Assembly (NCBI GenBank): GCA_037147375.1
Contig: JBAWVI010000011.1
Location: forward strand, 1 to 15,086
DNA from: an archaeon
GTDB lineage: Archaea > Iainarchaeota > Iainarchaeia > Iainarchaeales > CSSED10-239
Length of the DNA stretch: 15,086 bases
Direction: 5' to 3'
Positions 7,104 through 12,726 of this stretch are shown here, piece by piece. A program made the position numbers and the translations under genes. The notes under the pieces are model-generated. The model did not search any database and was not told the DNA's origin. It worked only from the letters and a program-made list of their open reading frames with translations. Each line of letters begins with the position of its first letter. The stretch's first letter is position 1.

Positions 7104-8297
7104 ATGACAAAAGAAATTCAATCAGAGGTTAACATTGGTGTTGTTGGACATGTTGATCATGGTAAAACAACTCTTACCTCAAAGCTTACAGGAAAGTGGA
7201 TAGACAGACATTAAGATGAAATCAAGCAAGGAATATCTATTAGACTTGGTTATGCTGATGCTGACTTCTATCTTTGCCCAAAGTGTGTTGGAATTTCAGC
7301 ATATGGAACAAAAAGCACTTGTCAATTATGTGGAGGAAAAGCAGATTTCATAAAAAGAGTATCATTTGTTGATGCTCCTGGTCATGAAACATTAATGGCT
7401 GTTATGCTCTCTGGTGCAACTCTCTTAAATGGAGCAATTGTTGTTGTTGCAGCAAATGAAGAATGCCCACAACCAAGAACAGTTGAACACATCTTAGCAC
7501 TTAAGATGCATGGTATAAAAAATCTTGTTGTTTCTCAAAACAAAATTGATTTAGTTACAAAAGAAAAAGCTCTTGAAAACTATGAAAAACTAAGAAAATT
7601 CTTAGATGAAGTTGGGTACAAAGATTCTCCAATTATCCCAACATCAGCACATTTCGATACAAACATAGATGCATTAGTATATGCACTTGTAAGTAAGATA
7701 CCAACCCCTGAATTTGATGAGAAGAGTCCTCTTAAAATGCAAGTTGTTAGATCATTTGATGTTAATAAGCCAGGTACTGATATAGATAAGCTTGTAGGTG
7801 GAGTTCTTGGTGGTGCGGTACTTCAAGGAACTGCAACTGTTGGAGACAAAGTTTGGTTATATCCTGGGATTACAAAACCAATTTTAATTACAATTAAATC
7901 ACTTAACTCGAATGGAGTTAATTATAAATCAGTAAGACCTGGTGGACTTATTGCAGTAGGAACTGAAATAGATTCTTTCTATTGTTTCTCTGATCGTATG
8001 GTTGGACAATTAATTTGTTCTGATAATAACAAGCCAGAGGTATCATCAAAGATATCAATTAACTATAGTAAGATTGATAGATTAATTGAACCAAATCAAA
8101 CTCCACTTAAGGTTTTAGAAAAAATAGTTTTAATAATAGGATCAGCTGCATACCTTGCAACAATTATTAAAATCAAAGGTACAGAATTACAATTAGTTTT
8201 AGATAAGGATTGTGTTTACTATAAGAATGATACAATCGCAATAAGTAGAAACGTAAATAGTAGATGGAGATTATCAGGATATGGGCAGATCAAATAA
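7104..8297 (+). CDS. eif2g: Translation initiation factor aIF2 gamma subunit, interrupted by one in-frame TAA (7212-7214)
   Basis: ATG 7104 encodes [36 protein letters not shown], then TAA. The same frame continues as [34 protein letters not shown].., joining the track ORF 7395-8297. It contains the P-loop, zinc knuckle and G3/G4 motifs. Total length (~397 codons) and synteny (rps6e upstream, PIN and rpoE downstream) are canonical. Confidence 0.9.
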
Positions 8298-8688
8298 AAT
8301 ATTAATTGATACAAACATATTAATTTATATGTATGAAAATCAAAAAGATATATTTGATGCAGTAACCTTATTAATCCCAAGTGCTGAATTTTATGTTTTA
8401 GATAAAACCTATACAGAGATTGAGAAAGTATTTAAAGATAAGCCAAGAAGAAAAGAAATGCTTATGAGATATTTAAAAAAGGTTGAAGCAAAAGAAAAAT
8501 ATAAAATTATTGAAGTTCCAAATGAACTTGCAGATAAAAGTGAAAGATATTTAAAAATAGATAATTTATTAATATATTATAGTAAAGATTATATTATATA
8601 CACAAACGACAGAATATTAAAAGAAAAATTAAAATTTAAACATGCAAAAATAATTACCTTAAAAACACAAGGTGCAATATTAGAATAA
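8281..8688 (+). CDS. PIN-domain nuclease, Fcf1/Utp24-like (the PIN gene conserved next to aIF2gamma in archaea)
   Basis: ILIDTNILIY at the N-terminus and YTNDRILKEKL near the C-terminus match PIN acidic-residue motifs. The gene overlaps the aIF2gamma 3' end by 17 nt. Its position before rpoE is conserved. Confidence 0.75.
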   Translation: MGRSNKILIDTNILIYMYENQKDIFDAVTLLIPSAEFYVLDKTYTEIEKVFKDKPRRKEMLMRYLKKVEAKEKYKIIEVPNELADKSERYLKIDNLLIYYSKDYIIYTNDRILKEKLKFKHAKIITLKTQGAILE

Positions 8689-8707
8689 AAATGATGGTGA
8701 AAATAAT

Positions 8708-9358
8708 ATGAGTTATAAAAAATACAATGTTGAAGGAATTGTTGCAGTTTCTCCTTTAAGCTTATCTGGAGAATTAAAAGATATTATTCTAGATCAATTA
8801 TGTAAAGATTATGAAGGAGTAATTGATAAGGATGTTGGATTAATTGTTCTTGTAACAGATGTTCTTGAAAATAATATTGGAGAAATCATTCCTGGAGACT
8901 CAAATGTATTTTTCAAAGTTAAGTTTCAAGTTATAACTTTTATGCCAAAGCTTCATGAAATGGTGCAAGGAAGTGTTACACAAGCAACTGATTTTGGTGC
9001 ATTCATAAGCATAGGTCCTTTTGAAGGTTTATGTCACGTTTCACAGGTTATGCAAGACTTCAATTCATATAATCCTGAATTACCTGGGTTTGTTGCAAAG
9101 GAAAGCAAGAGAACACTTGTTGTTGGAGATAAGGTTCTTGCAAGAGTTGCAAACATTAGTTTAAAAAAATCAATTGCTGATACAAAGATTGGACTTACAA
9201 TGAGAGGGTTTGGTTTAGGTAAACCTGAATGGCAATTATATGATACTAAAAAAGATAAAAAGAAAGTAAAGGATTCTGAAAAAGAAAATAAGAAGGATTC
9301 AGAAAAAAAAGAAACTAAAAAAGTATCTCCTAAAAATAAGAAAAGTGAGAAGAAATGA
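8708..9358 (+). CDS. rpoE: RNA polymerase subunit E' (Rpo7) with S1 domain and Lys-rich tail
   Basis: The N-terminal Rpo7 domain is followed by an S1 fold (GSVTQATDFGAFISIGPFEGLCHVSQV...VGDKVLARV). The last ~40 aa are KKDKKKVKDSEKENKK-type. GGTGA lies upstream. Confidence 0.9.
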   Translation: MSYKKYNVEGIVAVSPLSLSGELKDIILDQLCKDYEGVIDKDVGLIVLVTDVLENNIGEIIPGDSNVFFKVKFQVITFMPKLHEMVQGSVTQATDFGAFISIGPFEGLCHVSQVMQDFNSYNPELPGFVAKESKRTLVVGDKVLARVANISLKKSIADTKIGLTMRGFGLGKPEWQLYDTKKDKKKVKDSEKENKKDSEKKETKKVSPKNKKSEKK

Positions 9359-9579
9359 CTAAAAAAGTTTGTAGAAAATGTAGAAAAATTGTTGAAGAAA
9401 CAGAAATAACAAAGGAAGGAAAAGAAGAAGTTGTTAAGGTTTGTCCTGTTTGTGGATCAAATGTTTTTACAACATTCTTTAAGGGTACTGCATTAATCAT
9501 AAGTCCAGATAAGTCAGATATTGGAAAAGCAATGGATGTACAAACTCCTGGGAAATATGCATTAAGACTTAGCAGATAA
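9355..9579 (+). CDS. spt4: Transcription elongation factor Spt4 (RpoE'')
   Basis: Zinc ribbon CRKC...CPVCG, followed by FKGTALIISPDKSDIGKAM...PGKYALRL. There is a 4-nt ATGA overlap with rpoE. Confidence 0.85.
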   Translation: MTKKVCRKCRKIVEETEITKEGKEEVVKVCPVCGSNVFTTFFKGTALIISPDKSDIGKAMDVQTPGKYALRLSR

Positions 9580-9602
9580 ATATTTATTCAAAACAGTTAC
9601 AT

Positions 9603-9629
9603 GGATTTACGAAAGTAGATTCTTTTTTT
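9603..9629 (+). terminator. Hairpin with GAAA tetraloop followed by T7 tract; terminator candidate after spt4
   Basis: GGATTTAC(9603-9610) GAAA GTAGATTC(9615-9622) forms 8 bp including 2 G.U. It is followed by TTTTTTT at 9623-9629. Confidence 0.55.
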
Positions 9630-9678
9630 ATCTCCTCTCTAAAAGATAAAATAAAAAATAATTATTAGGTGAAAGATT

Positions 9679-10023
9679 ATGGAAATAGAAATGGAAAAAT
9701 CAAAAAATGAGTTATTACATAGAACATCTATCTTAGCAAAGATAAGAGCTGATAAAACTCCTTCAAGAGTTGAAGTTCAAAAGAAGGTAGCAGCATTGCT
9801 TGGTGTTGATGATAAGCTTATTGTAATTGATAAGATATCACAGGACTTTGGAACAAATATTGCAAAAGCATATATTAAGGTTTATGATAGTATGAAAGCA
9901 TTAAAAGAAATTGAACTTGAATATAGACTTAAGAGAACAGGAACACACGATGAACCTGCACCAGAAGTAAAACCAAAAGAGAAGAAAGTAAAGGAAGATA
10001 AAGTAAAGGAAGATAAAGAATAA
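9679..10023 (+). CDS. rps24e: 30S ribosomal protein S24e with Lys/Glu-rich tail
   Basis: NELLHRTSI...TPSR.EV..KVAALLGVD..LIVID.I...FG matches S24e. AGGTGA at 9668-9673 lies upstream of ATG 9679. Confidence 0.9.
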   Translation: MEIEMEKSKNELLHRTSILAKIRADKTPSRVEVQKKVAALLGVDDKLIVIDKISQDFGTNIAKAYIKVYDSMKALKEIELEYRLKRTGTHDEPAPEVKPKEKKVKEDKVKEDKE

Positions 10024-10035
10024 AAGTGATAATTT

Positions 10036-10245
10036 ATGGGTAAAGAAAAAAAAGGTAAACCAAAACACAAAGAAAGTGTTAAAATTAAAAAAAGCAAATT
10101 TTATTCAGTAACTGGTAACGAAGTTACAAGAAAAGGTAAGGATTGTCCTAAGTGCGGTGCAGGAACATTTATGGGTGCACACAAAGGAAAAGACAGTAGA
10201 ACAAGATTTGCTTGTGGGAATTGTGGAATGACAATCTGGGAATAA
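10036..10245 (+). CDS. rps27ae: 30S ribosomal protein S27ae
   Basis: Cys4 zinc ribbon CPKCGAG...CGNCG with a basic N-terminus. The position after rps24e is conserved. Confidence 0.93.
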   Translation: MGKEKKGKPKHKESVKIKKSKFYSVTGNEVTRKGKDCPKCGAGTFMGAHKGKDSRTRFACGNCGMTIWE

Positions 10246-10270
10246 GTTAAATTTCGTGAGATTTTAAATT

Positions 10271-10807
10271 ATGGGTTTTATAATTAATGATTTCTTTTTA
10301 GATTTCATTTTATTATTCTTCCCATTCTATTTTTTATATTTTGTTAATAAAACAAGATCATTAAGAGAAGCAATTAAACTCCAAGGTTTAAAAGCAATTA
10401 ATTGGAAAACATTTATTAGAAATGTAATTCTTCTTTTTTTCTTAATGTTTGTTATAAGCTTTGCAATTAGTTATGTTGCAACATTTTTTGGAGTACAAGA
10501 CCTAGGGGTTGTTGGAGAAAAAATAACTTCTTTATCAGTAATTTATATAATTTATTTATTCGTTATTAGAGTGTTCTTAGAAGAGTGGTTCTTTAGGGGA
10601 TTTCTTGTTAGTAGAGTTGGAGTAATTGCGTCTTCAGCTTTGTTTGCTTGTGGACACATTCTTTATGGTTCAGTAACTGAGGTTATTGGAGCATTTGTTT
10701 TAGGAGTTGTGCTTGCAAGATTCTATCAAAAAACTAAAAGTTTATGGGTTGTTTATATTGTGCATTTAACATATAATTTTGTTGCACTTGCATTTATGTT
10801 TATTTAA
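10271..10807 (+). CDS. CPBP family (CAAX/Abi-type) intramembrane glutamic endopeptidase
   Basis: A multi-pass hydrophobic protein with the three CPBP motifs: EEWFFRGF (EExxxR), FACGH (FxxxH) and HLTYNF (HxxxN). Confidence 0.85.
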   Translation: MGFIINDFFLDFILLFFPFYFLYFVNKTRSLREAIKLQGLKAINWKTFIRNVILLFFLMFVISFAISYVATFFGVQDLGVVGEKITSLSVIYIIYLFVIRVFLEEWFFRGFLVSRVGVIASSALFACGHILYGSVTEVIGAFVLGVVLARFYQKTKSLWVVYIVHLTYNFVALAFMFI

Positions 10808-10817
10808 TTAAATTAAG

Positions 10818-11522
10818 ATGATATTTATGGAAAAAACAAATAATTTTAAGAACAAGTTTAATTTTTTTAGAAAAAATAATTTAAATAAAAGTAATCAATC
10901 TAATCAAAATACTAATATAAATACAAACAGAAATACAAGCTTAAACTCAAATATTATTTCACACTCAAACACGAATAATAGTTCTAATTTAAATAATAAT
11001 CAAAGCTCAAACATAGATCAAAAAATATCAGCTTTAATAAATCAACCAGATTTAATTAAACAAGAAAATCAATTAGAAGAGAAACCAAAACAAAATTCAG
11101 TTGAAACAAAGAAAGATTTTACAATAAGTTATAAAGATAAAGTATATACTTATATAATTCCAGAAAATATATTAAAGAAAGAAGCAGATTCTATTCCTTT
11201 CTGGTTATTGCCAATCCATGTAAAATTAATACCAAACGGAAATGAAATGATTGATTTTTGTAATGAAATATTACTTACTCTTTCTAAAACTGGAGCAAGA
11301 ATAGAAATTGATAATAAACAAGAAAATATTCAAAAAAAAATAAAGAATGCAGAATTTGATAAGATACCATATATTATTATTGTTGGACCTAAAGAAAAAT
11401 CAATACATAAGTTTATTGTAAGAACACTTGATGGTAATCAAAAGCTTTTATCAGTTGGTGCTTTTTCACACACACTTGAAGATCAATTATTAAATAAGCC
11501 AAAAACTAAACTTCAATACTAA
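10818..11522 (+). CDS. Stand-alone class II aaRS (ThrRS-type) anticodon-binding-domain protein with Asn/Ser/Gln-rich N-terminal region; no catalytic or editing domain
   Basis: Residues ~126-234 (nt ~11193-11519) resemble the ThrRS C-terminal HGTP_anticodon domain. The segment is IPFWLLPIHVKLIPNG..EILLTLSKTGARIEIDNKQENIQKKIKNAEFDKIPYIIIVGPKEK...VRTLDG; compare FPxWLAPxQV...G.RV..D.R.E.IG.KIR.A....IPY..VVG..E. Residues ~8-66 are N-rich low complexity. The start could be 10818 or 10827. Confidence 0.7.
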   Translation: MIFMEKTNNFKNKFNFFRKNNLNKSNQSNQNTNINTNRNTSLNSNIISHSNTNNSSNLNNNQSSNIDQKISALINQPDLIKQENQLEEKPKQNSVETKKDFTISYKDKVYTYIIPENILKKEADSIPFWLLPIHVKLIPNGNEMIDFCNEILLTLSKTGARIEIDNKQENIQKKIKNAEFDKIPYIIIVGPKEKSIHKFIVRTLDGNQKLLSVGAFSHTLEDQLLNKPKTKLQY

Positions 11523-11533
11523 TTTTCTCACAA

Positions 11534-11562
11534 GTAAGTGTATTTACTTATTACAGTTAATT
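11534..11562 (+). terminator. Hairpin plus TACAGTTAAT; copy B of the 28-nt motif, 12 nt after the stop of the preceding gene
   Basis: AGTAAGT(11534-11540)/ACTTATT(11547-11553) forms 7 bp with one G.U and a 6-nt loop. 11535-11562 is 21/28 identical to 2344-2371. Confidence 0.3.
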
Positions 11563-11694
11563 GTGACTATAAATTTATATTTTATTTCAAAATCAATAAC
11601 TGGTACACTTTAACTATCTTATTTATACTTATTGGTACACCAAAAGTGATATTGTTTATATATATTGAATAATATATACTTATTTTGGATTGTA

Positions 11695-11846
11695 AGATTT
11701 CAAGATCTACCCAAAAGAGGTTGATCTTAGGAGATACAAAGTAGGAGTATAGATGACAATACGACCTAGATCCGACAGTTGAGGGAACAAAACTCACCAG
11801 GTTTAACCGGAAATATGTGTACTATGGTTCCCTCATCTTGAAATTT
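11695..11846. ncRNA. Candidate ~150-nt structured RNA of unknown class (closing helix plus three arms); strand unresolved
   Basis: Perfect 10-bp closing helix 11697-11706/11835-11844. Perfect 8-bp helix 11781-11788/11827-11834. 8-bp helix with one bulge 11723-11731/11765-11772. Small hairpin 11709-11721. Local G+C is visibly above the flanking spacer. The element lies in a convergent gap that needs no promoter for either flanking gene. For the + strand there is a TATA-like ATATATAC (11672-11679) ~20 nt upstream and T6 (11851-11856) just downstream. For the - strand, three extra G.U pairs form. Confidence 0.5.
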
Positions 11847-12597
11847 ACGCTTTTTTATTCTTCTCTTTTCTAATACTTAATATTTTTCTAATATCTATAT
11901 CTTCTCTATCAATATTTTTAATTATTCCTTCCATGTGCCCAGCACCAACAACAAGAACAATCTTATTTACTTTTTCATCTTTAATAACTTGTTGAATATT
12001 GTATGCAATAAACTCATCTCTCTCATCAATTAATACCATCTTTAGGGTTTTATGACGTTTTTCAAGAACTTCCATTATTTTTTTTATAAACTCACTATCT
12101 TCTGCCTCTGCTTCATCAAGTATCTTCTTAACAGAGATATCATCTCCAAGTTCTTTTTGCATCTTAAATCCTGTTGTTAATAACCTCATCTTTTCTCTAA
12201 ATGTAAGAACATTATATAATTTCTCAAGAGTGATATTTACATCTCTATCTGCAAGTAATATCTTACTCCCAATTTCTTTAGCAGAAATAGCTGCTTGCTT
12301 CATCTCTTCTCCTGGTTCCATATTAAAATCCGCAGCAATTTTTCTTTGATATTTAGATAAAAAATATTGCATTAAGAAAAGAAATGGTTTCCTTGTTTTA
12401 AACACATCTGAAAATTTAGATTTTCTTTTGTTCCCAGACATCATCCCATAAAACCTAGGTGCATCAAGTTCAATTCCAACAATATCAGGTCTTTCTCTTT
12501 CAATAACCTCTTTAACTGTATCTCTACTTTTGCTTGAAATATGTGCAGTTCCAATAATAATAATTGTTTTTCCATTCCTTTCAATACTTTTAATCAT
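11845..12597 (-). CDS. TraB/PrgY/TIKI-family protein (putative metalloprotease fold)
   Basis: IIIGTAHISSKS (GTxH), PDIVGIELD..R and VVGAGHMEGI (GxGH) are the conserved TraB-family motifs. Full-length ORF of 250 aa. Confidence 0.85.
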   Translation of the reverse strand: MIKSIERNGKTIIIIGTAHISSKSRDTVKEVIERERPDIVGIELDAPRFYGMMSGNKRKSKFSDVFKTRKPFLFLMQYFLSKYQRKIAADFNMEPGEEMKQAAISAKEIGSKILLADRDVNITLEKLYNVLTFREKMRLLTTGFKMQKELGDDISVKKILDEAEAEDSEFIKKIMEVLEKRHKTLKMVLIDERDEFIAYNIQQVIKDEKVNKIVLVVGAGHMEGIIKNIDREDIDIRKILSIRKEKNKKA

Positions 12598-12726
12598 TTT
12601 TAATCACTTTTACATAAAAGAGTTATGTATTTAAATATTAGCTATATAATATAATATATAAATTATTTAATAAATCCTCTTAAATTTATTAAATTAAATA
12701 TAAATATGGATTGAAATTGATAAAAT

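Noticed and set aside
7212-7214. Genome-wide reassignment of TAA to a sense codon as the explanation for the stop inside aIF2gamma.
   Set aside because: Most genes in the window terminate on TAA exactly where their families normally end, including rpl18e, rpl13, rpoN, rps2, rpl7ae, rps28e, rpl24e, infB, rps6e, rps24e and rps27ae. TAA is therefore the standard stop here.
11601-11640. Direct repeat TGGTACAC at 11601-11608 and 11633-11640, with GTGTAC inside the RNA at 11817-11822, as a regulatory site.
   Set aside because: Only 8 nt with two copies. This cannot be distinguished from chance without comparative data, so it is mentioned only as context in a finding.
11582-11797. Minus-strand ORF of 71 aa in the convergent intergenic gap.
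   Set aside because: The translation is low-complexity and hydrophobic with no recognisable family and no SD. It overlaps the region better explained by the stem-rich RNA candidate.
11695-11846. Identity of the structured RNA as 5S rRNA. On the minus strand the topology is helix I, then a 54-nt arm, then a second arm. The segment CGGUUAAACCUGGUG also resembles the 5S GGUUAAGCC region.
   Set aside because: At ~150 nt it is too long. The similar segment sits in the wrong structural position (the apical loop). No CCGAAC loop C or clear loop E motif is visible. An extra hairpin makes a four-way rather than a three-way junction. This remains only an item to test with a covariance model.
11695-11846. 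Identity of the structured RNA as an intron-containing or otherwise unusual tRNA gene.
   Set aside because: There is no GTTCRAAT-type T-loop and no GG D-loop. The closing helix is 10 bp, and the arm sizes are far from tRNA. Only the junction connectivity is tRNA-like.
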